Shown piece after piece: positions 49,338 to 60,600 of a DNA stretch of 64,000 nt. Source of the DNA: an uncultured Anaerolineales bacterium (GTDB taxonomy: Bacteria > Chloroflexota > Anaerolineae > Anaerolineales > UBA4823); contig CALFWB010000066.1 of the NCBI GenBank assembly GCA_937928795.1, positions 38 through 64,037 of the forward strand, read 5' to 3'. Below the pieces are notes generated by a model that was not told where the DNA came from, did no database searches, and was given only the letters and a program-made list of their open reading frames with translations. Made by a program: the position numbers and the translations under genes. Every line of letters starts with the position of its first letter. Positions within the stretch are counted from its first letter, which is position 1.

Positions 49338-49492
49338 AGCCTCTCCCGGTAGATTGTGTTTGCAGGCGTATTTTAACGCCAATTTGGCGTTTGCTATCCC
49401 TCTTTCTTTTCTCAGATTCTGTTCGCAGGCGGAGACCCCTGTGACTCAGCAGTGTTGCTGCAAGGCAGACAGCTTCATTTGCTGCGATGACA

Positions 49493-50338
49493 TCAGGGTG
49501 GGTTCTCTTTACTCGCCTGACGGAGTTGCGATGCTTTCTGGTAGATTTCTCTGCTATTCCAGCCAGACTCGTCAGCAAGCTGTTGGGCTAGCTCTTTAAG
49601 GTTTGTTCCGACGCAAAGTCTTTGACGAATCACTTCGATTAGGCGGTGTTCGTCCCATTTTTGAGGGGGTGGATGAGAGCCTTCAATAACGAGGGTAATT
49701 TCGCCGCGCGGTTTGTCGCTGCCAAAGTGTTCAATGGCTTGAGAGAGATAGCCACGCCAGAACTCTTCGTGAAGTTTGGTCAATTCTCTGGCGACGACGA
49801 CCCTGCGATCACCTAAAACTTGGTGAAGCAAGCGTAGTGTTTTGAGCAAGCGGTGAGGAGCTTCTAAGAAGACCAGAGTATAGGAGAGCGCAGAAATATT
49901 TTCGAGAGAGCGTTTTAGCTCGGTTGATTTGCGCGGTAAGAAACCTAAATAGAGAAAGCGGTCGGTGGGCAGACCCGAAGCAACCAGCGCAGCAATCGGT
50001 GCACACGGGCCGGGAATAGGGCTGATCCGATGTCCGGCTTGGATGGTAGCGTTCACGAGTTCGTAGCCGGGGTCATTCAGCGCAGGGGTGCCGCTATCAG
50101 AGACTAAAGCGACATCCCCTTGTTCTAAGGCTGCAAGGAGGAGAGGAATGCGCCGGGTTTCGTTCTGATCATAAAGGCTAATCAGCCGCTGGCGAATTTG
50201 GTAGTGGTTGAGTAATTTTCGGGTAACGCGGGTATCTTCGGCTGCGATGAGGGAAACACTCTTGAGAACTTCAATAGCACGGAGAGTGATGTCGGCTAGA
50301 TTCCCGATCGGTGTAGCGACCAAATACAACGTGCTCAT
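49493..50338 (-). CDS. rsmI: 16S rRNA (cytidine1402-2'-O)-methyltransferase
   Basis: LYLVATPIGNLADIT, AEDTR, SDSGTP, ARELTKLHEE. Confidence 0.95.
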   Translation of the reverse strand: MSTLYLVATPIGNLADITLRAIEVLKSVSLIAAEDTRVTRKLLNHYQIRQRLISLYDQNETRRIPLLLAALEQGDVALVSDSGTPALNDPGYELVNATIQAGHRISPIPGPCAPIAALVASGLPTDRFLYLGFLPRKSTELKRSLENISALSYTLVFLEAPHRLLKTLRLLHQVLGDRRVVVARELTKLHEEFWRGYLSQAIEHFGSDKPRGEITLVIEGSHPPPQKWDEHRLIEVIRQRLCVGTNLKELAQQLADESGWNSREIYQKASQLRQASKENPP

Positions 50339-51504
50339 GCTTCTTGTGGTAAATTGATCGCCGGTTTTGAGGGTAATCGCTCGAAGATGATGCGGGCAAT
50401 GTCCATTGCTGCGGACGGGCGGGCGATCCGTTTGCAGGCTTGAACAGCTTGTTGATAGCTTTCTGGATTTTCAAGCCAAGTGTGCAAGGCTTGTGTGAGG
50501 CTTTCATCTGTAGGTGTCCAGAATCCCGCCCCGCGAGAGACAACATAAGACACATTACCGTCTTCCTGCCCTGGCAATCGAGAATAAAGCAACATAGGTA
50601 AAGCGGCGTTGATGGCTTCGGTAATGGTGCCTGGCCCGGCTTTGGTGACCAGAATATCGGCCGCCTGCATGAAGTCGGGCATTTCCCGCACAAAGCCATA
50701 GACTTTGACCATTTGATTCCAACGGCGCGCTTCAAGTGAGTTCTTGAGTTTTTGATTACGCCCACAGACGACTACCAAACATAGAGGTAAGGGGAAGCGA
50801 TCGATGTTGAGCGCAACCCGCTCCATTGGGCCCATGCCCTCGCCGCCTCCAACCAGCATCACGATTGGACGATCTTGAGGCCAACCCAACTTTTCACGTA
50901 GGGTGTGTTTGTCCGTAGGAGGCTGACAAAAGCGTTGCGCCACCGGCAGCCCGATCACCATGACTTGGTCTTCGCGCAACCCGCAAAGGAGGGCTCTTTG
51001 GCGCGCTTCTTCCGTGGGGACGATACACAAATCCACGCGCCGATGGTACCAAAAAGCATGGGTTGTCACCAGATCGGTCACGACGGTGATAAAGGGCGGT
51101 CGCCGTTCCCCCAAAGCGCGTAGGACTGGGGCGTTGGCGATAGGGTGAACCGAGACAATGAGGTCGCTGGGATGAGATTTCACTAACTTGCGGATGTTAT
51201 GACGGATGAGTGGCCAAGCGCTGTCGGCGATGAGCTTTGCCCGGCGGGAGTCGTTGCTGATGTAATACCCCCACCCCCAAGCTTGAGGCACGCGCACCAT
51301 AATGGGATAGAGTTCTGGTAACAAGTCAAAAGGCTTTGGGGCATATTGCTTAAAGATATCCACCATTTCAGTCTCAATGGCATTGCCATATTGAAGTTGA
51401 AGGGCTTCAATGATCGCTTCTGCGGCGCTGCGATGGCCGCCGCCGGTATCGGAAAACAGAAACAGGATGCGTGCTTTGTCAGGGTTGGTTGGTCGGAGTG
51501 CCAT
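50335..51504 (-). CDS. MGDG synthase / UgtP-like diacylglycerol glycosyltransferase (GT28)
   Basis: [41 protein letters not shown]. Confidence 0.9.
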   Translation of the reverse strand: MALRPTNPDKARILFLFSDTGGGHRSAAEAIIEALQLQYGNAIETEMVDIFKQYAPKPFDLLPELYPIMVRVPQAWGWGYYISNDSRRAKLIADSAWPLIRHNIRKLVKSHPSDLIVSVHPIANAPVLRALGERRPPFITVVTDLVTTHAFWYHRRVDLCIVPTEEARQRALLCGLREDQVMVIGLPVAQRFCQPPTDKHTLREKLGWPQDRPIVMLVGGGEGMGPMERVALNIDRFPLPLCLVVVCGRNQKLKNSLEARRWNQMVKVYGFVREMPDFMQAADILVTKAGPGTITEAINAALPMLLYSRLPGQEDGNVSYVVSRGAGFWTPTDESLTQALHTWLENPESYQQAVQACKRIARPSAAMDIARIIFERLPSKPAINLPQEA

Positions 51505-51688
51505 GGGAAAGGATCACCTTTTTGAGACGATGAGCAAGTTCTCGGCGCGATAGCAAAATACGCCGCCCGCAAACGAGACATTCTAAGCCGATATCTGCTC
51601 CTAAGCGGACAACTCGCCATTCGTAGCTACCGCAAGGATGCGGTTTGCGTAAGCGGAGGATGTCGTCAAGTTGGATATCTGGTAACAT
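51479..51688 (-). CDS. DUF951 family protein
   Basis: [30 protein letters not shown]. Confidence 0.9.
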   Translation of the reverse strand: MLPDIQLDDILRLRKPHPCGSYEWRVVRLGADIGLECLVCGRRILLSRRELAHRLKKVILSHGTPTNQP

Positions 51689-51853
51689 CTGCTTTGCTCT
51701 AGACAAAAAATTTTTTTTTGCCCTCGTTGTTCAGAGAGGGGTTTTTTGGATTATAACATGCTGGTTTTCTCCATAATAGGAAAGATGTGGGGTGAGTTCT
51801 TCGGTTTGCCAAAGAGGAGATGGTATAATCGCATTACGGTTAGGAAAGATTTC

Positions 51854-52501
51854 ATGTTGATGAATTTCGATCTCTCTACACTCCTCGCCCATTTATTTGT
51901 TTTGTTGACAGCCTTTTCTGTCCATGAATTCGCTCACGCCTGGACGGCAAATTATTTTGGTGACCCGACCCCGAGAATGAACGGACGGTTGACCTTAAAC
52001 CCATTAGCTCATTTGGATCCGATCGGTTCTTTGTTGTTGTTAGTGGCGGGATTCGGTTGGGCAAAGCCGGTGCCGGTTAACCCTTATGCCCTACAACGAA
52101 AGTCGTCCTCTGCTATGATGTTAGTTGCTCTTGCGGGTCCGCTATCGAATCTGGCTATGGCACTGGTCGCCGCAATTCCATTCCGCATGGGGTGGGTTTC
52201 TCTTGAGGAAGCTATTTTTGCCATCCAAACCCGATCGAGTCACCTCCTGCCGACTCTTCCCCAATTGCTCTATGTTTTTATCCAGATCAATCTCCTGTTG
52301 ATGCTGTTCAATCTATTGCCGATTGCTCCTTTGGATGGTGAAAAGATTGCGGAGTATTTCTTTCCCCCAAGGTGGGTGCAATTCTTAGATGCGATTCGCC
52401 CTTATGGGCCGATCATCCTGATGGCAATCGTTTTTCTGGGTGTTTTGGGGTACATTATCAGTCCGCCTTTGTGGTTTCTGATGCGCGTTCTGATTGGCTA
52501 A
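51854..52501 (+). CDS. Site-2 protease (M50)
   Basis: HEFAH, GDPTPR..GRLTLNP, FNLLPIAPLDG. Confidence 0.92.
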   Translation: MLMNFDLSTLLAHLFVLLTAFSVHEFAHAWTANYFGDPTPRMNGRLTLNPLAHLDPIGSLLLLVAGFGWAKPVPVNPYALQRKSSSAMMLVALAGPLSNLAMALVAAIPFRMGWVSLEEAIFAIQTRSSHLLPTLPQLLYVFIQINLLLMLFNLLPIAPLDGEKIAEYFFPPRWVQFLDAIRPYGPIILMAIVFLGVLGYIISPPLWFLMRVLIG

Positions 52502-52504
52502 TTC

Positions 52505-53038
52505 GTGGGTCGGCTTTATCGCTTTTGGCAGTTTTGGAGCGCCTTGCGGGCGAAGACAGAAGAAGAAGATCGAGAATTGGTCGAGCGGCTTCTGACCCCG
52601 TCACTCGTTTATCTATTTGATCGTCTTGAGCGCTCTGAGAAAGCTCATGCCATCAGGGTATGCCAAAAATTGATTGAACAAGGTGAAGGGGATGAGCTTT
52701 TGCTTTCCGCAGCCTTACTCCACGATATTGGGAAAATCCGCTATCGATTAAGGCTTTGGGAAAGGGTGTGGATTGTTCTTTTCAGGTGGTTTTCAAGAAA
52801 GTTGGGGATAAAATTAAGATTGAAAGATCAGGATTTGTCAAAGGTTTCATGGTGGCAACGACCCTTATTGGTAGGGCAATTTCACCCGATCTGGGGTGCA
52901 GAGTTGTTGCGTGAGCAAGGAGTCAATGAGCAAATCGTTTGGTTGGTGCAACATCATCAGGATCATGAAGAGCTTGATTTTGTCTTACCCGAAGCAACGA
53001 AGTTAAGTAAATTGCAGAAAGTGGATCAGGTGAGCTAA
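52505..53038 (+). CDS. HD-domain protein
   Basis: AALLHDIGK, HPIWGAELL, HH. Confidence 0.82.
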   Translation: MGRLYRFWQFWSALRAKTEEEDRELVERLLTPSLVYLFDRLERSEKAHAIRVCQKLIEQGEGDELLLSAALLHDIGKIRYRLRLWERVWIVLFRWFSRKLGIKLRLKDQDLSKVSWWQRPLLVGQFHPIWGAELLREQGVNEQIVWLVQHHQDHEELDFVLPEATKLSKLQKVDQVS

Positions 53039-53048
53039 GGAGAAGTCG

Positions 53049-54041
53049 ATGATTATTACGATTATTGGATTGGGAAAGATCGGTTGTTCTTTGGGGTTAG
53101 CGCTAGGGGAAAAAGCGGGAGACATTCAACGAATCGGGCACGACCGAGAGATAAATGCAGCTCAAGAGGCGAAAAGGGTAGGGGCAATTGATGCCTATGC
53201 AATCAATCTTCATCAAGCGGTGCAGGATGCTGACGTTGTCTTTTTGGCGCTGCCGTTTGATCAAATTCGAGAGACCGTTCAACAGATTGCACAGGACTTA
53301 ACACCAGGCGCAGTTGTCATCGATCTAAGCCCTGCAAAACAGAAGGTCTCCGAATGGATGGGGAGTCTACTACCCCCGAATCGGTATTATATCGGCTGGA
53401 ATCTTGCCATTAACCCTGCTTATCTTCAAGATACAAGCAAAGGGGTAAGCGCTGCAAGGCGAGACTACTTTTACCAAGGGGTCGTGGCTGTCACTGCACC
53501 GCCCGGCATGCCGGCTGAGGTTTATGACCTGATGGGGGGATTAATTCATAGGATCGGGTCGCAGCCATTGTTTGCGGACATGATCGAAATGGACGGTGTG
53601 CTAGCCGAAGCGCAGGTCATCCCGCAATTGCTTTCGGCTTTGATGGTTTATACGCTCGCCCGTCAACCCGGTTGGCGAGAGGCGCGCAAATTTGCCGCCC
53701 AAGACTTTTGGGAAATGGGACTGCCAATTGCGAAGTCAACCTCAGCGGCGGAATTGTCACACACCTTATCTGCCAATCGAGAAACAGTAGAGCGGTTAAT
53801 CAATGACTTGCTCACAGTGTTGGTTGAGTGGCGTGAACAAATTCACAACGGTGAAGTTGAGGGGTTAACCCAGAGCCTACTCGATGCACAACAACGATTT
53901 GAGCAATGGCAAACAGAACGGATGGCAGCAAACTGGGTTTTGGAAGAAAGCGGCATTCGGCGCGAAGACCTGCCAACTTCTAGGGAGGTCTTTGGGCGAT
54001 TAGTGGGTTTGGGGAATCGGAAAAGGGATCGAAATAAGTGA
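53049..54041 (+). CDS. Prephenate dehydrogenase-like (TyrA fold) protein with a divergent active site
   Basis: [15 protein letters not shown] Rossmann motif. The expected GHPMAG reads GWNLAI. Confidence 0.7.
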   Translation: MIITIIGLGKIGCSLGLALGEKAGDIQRIGHDREINAAQEAKRVGAIDAYAINLHQAVQDADVVFLALPFDQIRETVQQIAQDLTPGAVVIDLSPAKQKVSEWMGSLLPPNRYYIGWNLAINPAYLQDTSKGVSAARRDYFYQGVVAVTAPPGMPAEVYDLMGGLIHRIGSQPLFADMIEMDGVLAEAQVIPQLLSALMVYTLARQPGWREARKFAAQDFWEMGLPIAKSTSAAELSHTLSANRETVERLINDLLTVLVEWREQIHNGEVEGLTQSLLDAQQRFEQWQTERMAANWVLEESGIRREDLPTSREVFGRLVGLGNRKRDRNK

Positions 54042-54057
54042 GATGAGGAGGTCTAAA

Positions 54058-55239
54058 ATGACAAGCGCCTTGACTTGGATAGGAGATGAAATCCAGAATC
54101 TCAAAGCAGCGGGATTATATAACCGCATCCGCACGCTGAGCTCCCCGCAAGGAGCGTGGTTGGTTGTGGATGGCAAAAAGGTCTTGAATTTCTGTTCAAA
54201 CAATTATTTGGGCTTAGCCAACCATCCCAAAGTAGTGCAGGCGGCCCAAGCTGCGATGGAGAAGTACGGAGTCGGGCCGGCCGCAGTGCGCACGATTGCC
54301 GGCACCATGGATTTACATATCGAATTGGAAAAACGCTTGGCGGCTTTCAAAGGGGTGGAAGCAGCGATTACCTTCCAGTCTGGTTTCAATGCCAACCTAG
54401 CTACCATACCTGCATTAGTTGGCAAGGAAGATGTTATCTTTTCCGATGAACTTAACCATGCCAGCATCATCGATGGTTGTCGCCTATCGGGGGCAAAGAT
54501 CGTGCGTTACAACCATTGCGATCCGCAGGATTTGGACAAAGCTTTGTTTGAGGAACGGCGCAACCACCCGCGCGCCTTAGTGGTCACCGATGGTGTCTTC
54601 AGCATGGATGGTGACATTGCCCCGCTTGATCAGATTTATGAGGTTGCTAGAAAGCACGATGCAATCCTGATGGTGGATGATGCGCATGGCGAAGGAGTGC
54701 TCGGCAAAGGTGGGCGGGGAATTGTTGACCACTATGACTTGCATGGCAAAGTTGATATCGAAGTTGGCACACTATCGAAAGCCTTTGGGGTGGTTGGCGG
54801 TGTTGTGGCAGGGAATGGCTTGATTGTCGAATGGCTGAGACAGCGTGCTCGTCCCTTTTTGTTTTCCTCGGCCATGACAGTTCCGGATACGGCAGCTTGC
54901 TTGGCTAGCCTTGAAATTTTGGAGAGTTCAACCGAATTAGTGGACCGCCTTTGGGAAAACACGCGGTTCTTCAAGGACGAGATGCGCAAAGTCGGTTTTG
55001 ATTTGGGGAAGAGTGTGACACCCATTACCCCGGTGATGTTAGGTGAGGCCCCCTTGGCTCAAGAGTTCAGTAAAGCCTTGTTTGAAGAGGGTGTTTTTGC
55101 CATGGCAATTGGATTCCCAACAGTCCCGCGCGGTAAAGCGCGCATTCGCGTGATGATCTCGGCGGCTCACCAGCAAGAAGACTTGGAACGCGGTTTGGAG
55201 ATTTTCACTAAGGTCGGAAAAAAATTGAGTGTGATCTAA
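54058..55239 (+). CDS. kbl: Glycine C-acetyltransferase / alpha-oxoamine synthase
   Basis: [44 protein letters not shown]. Confidence 0.85.
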   Translation: MTSALTWIGDEIQNLKAAGLYNRIRTLSSPQGAWLVVDGKKVLNFCSNNYLGLANHPKVVQAAQAAMEKYGVGPAAVRTIAGTMDLHIELEKRLAAFKGVEAAITFQSGFNANLATIPALVGKEDVIFSDELNHASIIDGCRLSGAKIVRYNHCDPQDLDKALFEERRNHPRALVVTDGVFSMDGDIAPLDQIYEVARKHDAILMVDDAHGEGVLGKGGRGIVDHYDLHGKVDIEVGTLSKAFGVVGGVVAGNGLIVEWLRQRARPFLFSSAMTVPDTAACLASLEILESSTELVDRLWENTRFFKDEMRKVGFDLGKSVTPITPVMLGEAPLAQEFSKALFEEGVFAMAIGFPTVPRGKARIRVMISAAHQQEDLERGLEIFTKVGKKLSVI

Positions 55240-55240
55240 C

Positions 55241-55471
55241 TTAACTGCGGTCGGCAAAAGGATCGACCAAGGGGTTGGTTCCCGACCAAACACAGCCGGC
55301 ATGTTCATCGTAGTTGCAGATCGTACCATGCGAGCAGCGATGGGCAAGCACGCGCGGCGGCGTATCGGGCATCCATTCGGGTGGATAGACAACTTCGACC
55401 TCAAACTGTACGTCGCAGCCAGCTTGATTGCAAAAACGGGTCTTATAGATTTCCCAAACTCGCATTGCCAT
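55241..55471 (-). CDS. Small Cys-rich hypothetical protein
   Basis: 76 aa, GGAGG RBS, five Cys including RCS…C…CVW. Confidence 0.7.
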   Translation of the reverse strand: MAMRVWEIYKTRFCNQAGCDVQFEVEVVYPPEWMPDTPPRVLAHRCSHGTICNYDEHAGCVWSGTNPLVDPFADRS

Positions 55472-55516
55472 ACGATACCTCCAAGAGCATCAGACTCAAT
55501 GATAAATGGATTATAT

Positions 55517-55639
55517 GACTCTACTGCAAAAACATTGAATTCTCACCACGAATACACAGAGTCACGAAGTTCTTCTTCATTATCACCTCGGTGCCTCCGT
55601 GTCTCTGTGGTTTGATTTTGACCTTTTTGCAGTGAACTC
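55517..55639. mobile_element. MITE family C with a 7-bp flanking direct repeat
   Basis: TIRs GACTCTACTGCAAAAA / TTTTTGCAGTGAACTC, flanked by ATTATAT at 55510-55516 and 55640-55646. Internal ACCACGAATACACAGAG…CTCCGTGTCTCTGTGGT inverted repeat. Confidence 0.8.
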
Positions 55640-55779
55640 ATTATATTTTATTGCAAGCAATTTGCAAAGTGCAGGGTGTCATGTAATATCCTGACAAAAT
55701 TCGTCTACTTCGACAGAACAGTTCCTTTGACTTTATTTTTGTCGGCAAGTATGGTTTAATGAATTTGAAGGAGGATCAT

Positions 55780-56367
55780 ATGGAAATCCGTGATCTGAAC
55801 GACGAGGAGAAAAAATATCTACTGAAAGTCGCCCGTCGGGCATTGGAAGAGCAGTTCGGAATTAAGTCGCCGCATGAATTACCTCCTCCTTCAGAATCCT
55901 TGCTGCAACCTGCAGCAACCTTTGTGACCCTGACCATTCAGGGCGAGTTAAGGGGGTGTGTTGGCGCGCTAGAAGCTTATCAGCCTCTAATCGAAGATGT
56001 GAAAGAGCACGCCCTTGCGGCTGCGTTTCAAGATTTCCGCTTTCCTCCGCTAACTAAGGAAGAATTACCTTTGATTGAGATCGAAATCTCAGTTCTTACC
56101 AAACCACAACATATAGACTACAACCAACCACTTGATCTGCCAAGTTTGCTGAAACCTTACGAGGATGGGGTTGTATTATCTTGGCGGGGCAGAAGAGCTA
56201 CGTTTTTACCCCAAGTGTGGCACAAAATCTCCGATCCGAGGGAATTTCTCGATCATTTGTGTATGAAAATGGGCACCGACCCTCATCTTTGGCGCAGAGA
56301 AGTTTTAAGTGTTTCGATTTATCATGTGATCGAATTTCGGGAAAGAGAATACCTTAGAGCTGAGTAA
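55780..56367 (+). CDS. AmmeMemoRadiSam system protein A (AMMECR1 domain)
   Basis: ATFVTL…LRGCVG, DFRFPPL, EISVLT, ATFLPQVW. Confidence 0.93.
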   Translation: MEIRDLNDEEKKYLLKVARRALEEQFGIKSPHELPPPSESLLQPAATFVTLTIQGELRGCVGALEAYQPLIEDVKEHALAAAFQDFRFPPLTKEELPLIEIEISVLTKPQHIDYNQPLDLPSLLKPYEDGVVLSWRGRRATFLPQVWHKISDPREFLDHLCMKMGTDPHLWRREVLSVSIYHVIEFREREYLRAE

Positions 56368-56620
56368 ATTGAGCAATGTTTAGCACAAAGATTGTTGCTC
56401 TTTTCATGTCGCTTTCTTGTGGCCGAGTGGTGTGTTCGCGGATGATTTTTAATGCTTCCTGAAGGCGATCGTCTTCAACACCAATCATCAACGTTGTTGA
56501 CCCTTTACGAAGGAAGCCCCCCGTTGACGCCACTTGAGTCACCCGATAATCAGCACCAATCAATGCTTGACAGACGGCTTCGTTATCTACATCCCTGATA
56601 ATGGCAATAATGAGTTTCAT
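56354..56620 (-). CDS. Cyclic-di-AMP receptor PstA/DarA-like (short form)
   Basis: MKLIIAII, ASTGGFLRKGSTTLMIGVED, ATIFVL. Confidence 0.88.
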   Translation of the reverse strand: MKLIIAIIRDVDNEAVCQALIGADYRVTQVASTGGFLRKGSTTLMIGVEDDRLQEALKIIREHTTRPQESDMKRATIFVLNIAQFTQL

Positions 56621-56623
56621 GGT

Positions 56624-56965
56624 TTAGAGCTCCTCATACGATTCGATGGGGATAAAGAAGACGGTTGCTCCCCCGATTGTGATTGGTGTGGAGACTGGAA
56701 TAGGAAGCGGAGTTCCTTCTAACGGCGTGGCGATGTATTCAATGCGTTCATGGCAATAAGTGTGAATAATGTCTAAAAAGGATTGGACTTCTGTCTCTGG
56801 AACTCGGACGAGCAGCGTGCTATTTCTTTTGCCTAATAACGCCCCGTGTGTGGAGATGCTAACCAGATCAAAGCCAGCTTTTTGAAGAGCATCACAGGCT
56901 CTTCTTTCATCCTGACTTTGTACGATGGCAATCGCGAGATAGATTTGATCGCTTTGGGATATCAT
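56624..56965 (-). CDS. Second PstA/DarA-like PII-fold paralog (divergent)
   Basis: AIVQSQD, STHGALL…NSTLL, CHER…PITIGGATVF. Confidence 0.8.
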   Translation of the reverse strand: MISQSDQIYLAIAIVQSQDERRACDALQKAGFDLVSISTHGALLGKRNSTLLVRVPETEVQSFLDIIHTYCHERIEYIATPLEGTPLPIPVSTPITIGGATVFFIPIESYEEL

Positions 56966-57180
56966 GAGTTCTTAGCATCTGAAAGATTGTTCTCTAAGAC
57001 TAAGACAGATGAATCAATTTTACCGTAGGAGCGTAGAAAAATGGAGGAAAGAATCAGAAACAAATTTGGATTTAGGATGGGCGGGATGATTGAACCAGAA
57101 CGAATTCTGGGTTGGTGTGTTCTAAAAATGAAGAGTTTCAGTAGCTTGTGCTAGAATAGATTAGGCTAAAGGAGCAAACC

Positions 57181-57651
57181 TTGAATGAGAAATTAGAAAT
57201 TCGTGGTCGTTATTTTGAAGAGTTTGTCGTAGGACAATCCTATACCAGCGTTGGTAGGACGATTACCGAGCACGATGTGCTAACTTTCGCCGGTTTATCC
57301 GGTGATTATAATCAGATTCACACCGACTCCGAATTCGCTAAGACAACTCCTTATGGGCAACGAATTGCTCATGGGCTTTTGGGTTTAGCAATTGCGAGTG
57401 GTTTAGCGATGAGGACGGGCATTCTCGAAGGCACTGTTCTTGCATTTCGAGAGATAGAAGAATGGAAATTTATCAAGCCTGTGTTTATTGGCGATACCCT
57501 TCAGGTTGAAATGCGAGTCGTTGAAGTAAAAGCCTTGCCCCGACTGGGTGGAGGAATGGTTTCCATCCAAGTTGATGTGATCAATCAAAGGGCCGAATCG
57601 GTAATGAAAGGAAAGTGGTTGGTGCTCGTTGCCTCTAAACCACAACCATAA
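57181..57651 (+). CDS. MaoC-family dehydratase
   Basis: FAGLSGDYNQIHTD, RIAHGL, FIKPVFIGDT. Confidence 0.9.
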   Translation: MNEKLEIRGRYFEEFVVGQSYTSVGRTITEHDVLTFAGLSGDYNQIHTDSEFAKTTPYGQRIAHGLLGLAIASGLAMRTGILEGTVLAFREIEEWKFIKPVFIGDTLQVEMRVVEVKALPRLGGGMVSIQVDVINQRAESVMKGKWLVLVASKPQP

Positions 57652-57660
57652 GGAGCAAAG

Positions 57661-60600
57661 ATGAGTGAGCCACTTAGTTCTCCTTCTGATCAGGACGCCG
57701 CAAAGCGCTTTCGACGGTTGTTATCAGAAGGAGAAGACGAAACATCAGAAGCCTCATCACTCGAGAGTTTGACGACCGGTAAACTTAGCCGTCATCCTAC
57801 AGGTGAGCCGGAACGAACGGGCGGATGGTTTGAGGAGATCGAGCCGCCTGGAGAAAGCGAGCCTTCTCCAGCCGAGGATTTCGTTGGAGAAGGAGAAGGC
57901 AAAGGCGAGCAAGAAGAAGAGACGAAACTTCGCGAGCCGCCCCCACCGGAATTCGGCAGCACTCCACCTCATCCTTCCCCGCCAATTGGCACCTATGGCT
58001 TACCCTTGCCGCGGCGGATTACCGAAACCGATTCCGATGCCACCCGAGTAGCTCCACGCACCAGAGCCTCGGAGGCGACACGAGTTCACCCTGTCTCCCC
58101 GGATCCTACCAGAGTTAATCCCCTAAAATCAAACCGGCCTGCTCAGTCTGTGTCTCGAACGCAATTCTCTCAAACCGGGGAACGGCCTCCTTCAATGACC
58201 TCACAAAAGGTTTTAGAACCGCCCAATAAGCAGGAAGGCAAATTTGATTGGAGTATTGTCAGCGGTTGTTTTGTACGGAGTTTCGTCTTGGCCTTATTTG
58301 GGGGTGTCATCTTAACTGTGTGCTTATTCTCGATTATGCTCATTCAGTATTTCCGTATTCTGCAAGAACTGCCCGATATTGAAAATCTGCGTGAGCGGGC
58401 ATCAAAATTTGAAACGACCCGTATCCTTGATCGAAACGGAAACGTTCTTTATGAGATCCTTGATCCGAACGCGGGGCGGCGGACTTACGTTCCACTTGAG
58501 AGAATTTCGCCTTATCTGGTGGCTGCCACGATTGCTACCGAGGATAAGGAATACTACAATCATCCTGGCTACGATGTCTTCGCTATCTTTCGCGCCTTTT
58601 ATCAAAATCTGAGTAGTGGGGATACGGTATCTGGAGCATCGACAATTACCCAGCAGTTAGCGCGCAATTTGCTTTTTAGCCCTGAAGAACGCAGTAATCG
58701 ATCCTATCAACGCAAAGTGCGTGAAGCCATTTTGGCGGCTGAATTAACGCGGCGCTATTCCAAGGACGAGATTTTGGAGATTTATCTCAATGAAAATTAC
58801 TATGGCAATCTTGCCTACGGCGTTGAGGCAGCCGCGGAAACCTACTTTCGGACGACAGCCGATAAGCTCACCTTGGCGCAAGCAGCCTTTCTTGCGGGGT
58901 TGCCTCAAGCCCCTTCGATATACGATATCTACACCAACCGAGAGGCGACTCTAAAGCGGTTTAGTGATGTTTTAGTCCTGATGTATCGCGTCAGTCAAGA
59001 GCAGGGTTGTATTTATGTGAGTAACTCTCCTCAACCCGTATGTGTTGATCCGGTAACTGCGACGAAGGCACGCGAGGAAATCCTCAACTACACTTTTCCC
59101 TCTCCGAATATTCCCATGAAGCATCCGCATTGGGTGAATTATATTCGCCAGCAATTGGAAGCGGAATACGATGTCCAGACCATCTACCGCTCTGGGTTTT
59201 CGGTTTATACCACTTTAGATAGTGAGCTGCAGCAAATTGCGGAGCGTTTGGTCAAAGAACAGGTAAGCCGCTTGCGAGAGAAAAACGTGAAGAGTGGGGC
59301 TTTAGTGGCAATTCACCCTCCGACTGGAGAAATCTTGGCAATGGTCGGATCAGCCGATTTTGAAGATGAAACCATTGATGGACAGGTGAATATGGCAATT
59401 AGCCCGCGCCAGCCGGGTTCCTCGATCAAACCCATCACCTATCTTGCGGCTTTTGAGAAGGGTTGGACTCCAGCCACTCTGATTTGGGATGTCCCTTCGG
59501 AGTTCCCTCCTTCGGGACGCCCTGAAGACCCGCGTCCGCCCTATAAACCGGTCAACTACGATGAGAGATTTCACGGTCCGGTAACCGTTCGCGCAGCTTT
59601 AGCGAACTCTTATAACGTGCCGGCAGTAAAGGCGCTGCAATTTGTTGGTATCTATGATGATCCACTGATTCCCGGTGAAGATGGATTTCTGGCGATGGCG
59701 AGGAGGTTGGGCATTACAACTTTAACTCGCGAGGATTATGGCTTATCGCTGACGTTGGGCGGTGGGGACGTTACGCTCTTAGAACTGACAAATGTGTATG
59801 CTATTCTGGCAAACATGGGACGAAAGACGCCCTTGATTTCCATTACGAAGATCTTTGATCACGAGGGTAATGTGGTCTATGAAGCGCCGCGAGGTCCCGT
59901 TCAGCAGGTGCTGCGCCCAGAGCATGTTTTCCTCATCACTTCGATATTATCGGATAACGAGGCGAGAGCGCCAATGTTTGGCAGGGACTCGCCCTTGAAC
60001 TTGCCGTTTCCGGCTGCAGCTAAGACAGGGACGACCAATGATTTCCGCGATAATTGGACGCTTGGATACACGCCAGATTTAGCAGTGGGTGTCTGGGTGG
60101 GAAATGCGGACTACACCCCGATGAGCGATGTCAGTGGCATCAGCGGGGCTGCTCCAATTTGGTCGGCTTTTATGCAACAGGCTGTACCAAGGGTTGCAGG
60201 AGGGAAAGTTACCCCGTTTGTGCGCCCAGCAGGCATTGTGGATCGGATTATCTGTGCTGTTTCTGGCACAGAGCCCTCGCAGTGGTGTCCGAAGCAGACG
60301 ACAGAAATCTTTGCTGCTGATCAACCTCCTCTTCCCAAGGAGGAAGATTTATGGCAAATGGCGCAAATTGACACCTGGACCGGCCTAAAGGCATCCTCAG
60401 CCTGTTCGGATTTTACCAAAGAGGAGTTTGTCCTCAATGTGACCGATCCGTTTGCAAAAAAGTGGATTCAAAAAGACCCAGAAGGCAAAAAGTGGGCGGA
60501 ACGGAACGGCTTTGAGAAGAAGATCCGCTTTGCGCCAGAACGGGAATGCAAATCCGATGATCCACGTCCGAAGCTGGATTTCATCTCCCCGCGCAATGGG

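Noticed and set aside
51705-51719. A6-T9 homopolymer as a phase-variation tract
   Set aside because: It is intergenic, short and not clearly within a -35/-10 spacer, so there is no evidence for variation.
54058-55239. Serine palmitoyltransferase partnering the bCerS-like gene
   Set aside because: The motifs ([34 protein letters not shown]) fit the Kbl/BioF-like group at least as well, and no ACP gene is adjacent. Only a phylogeny or an assay could reassign it.
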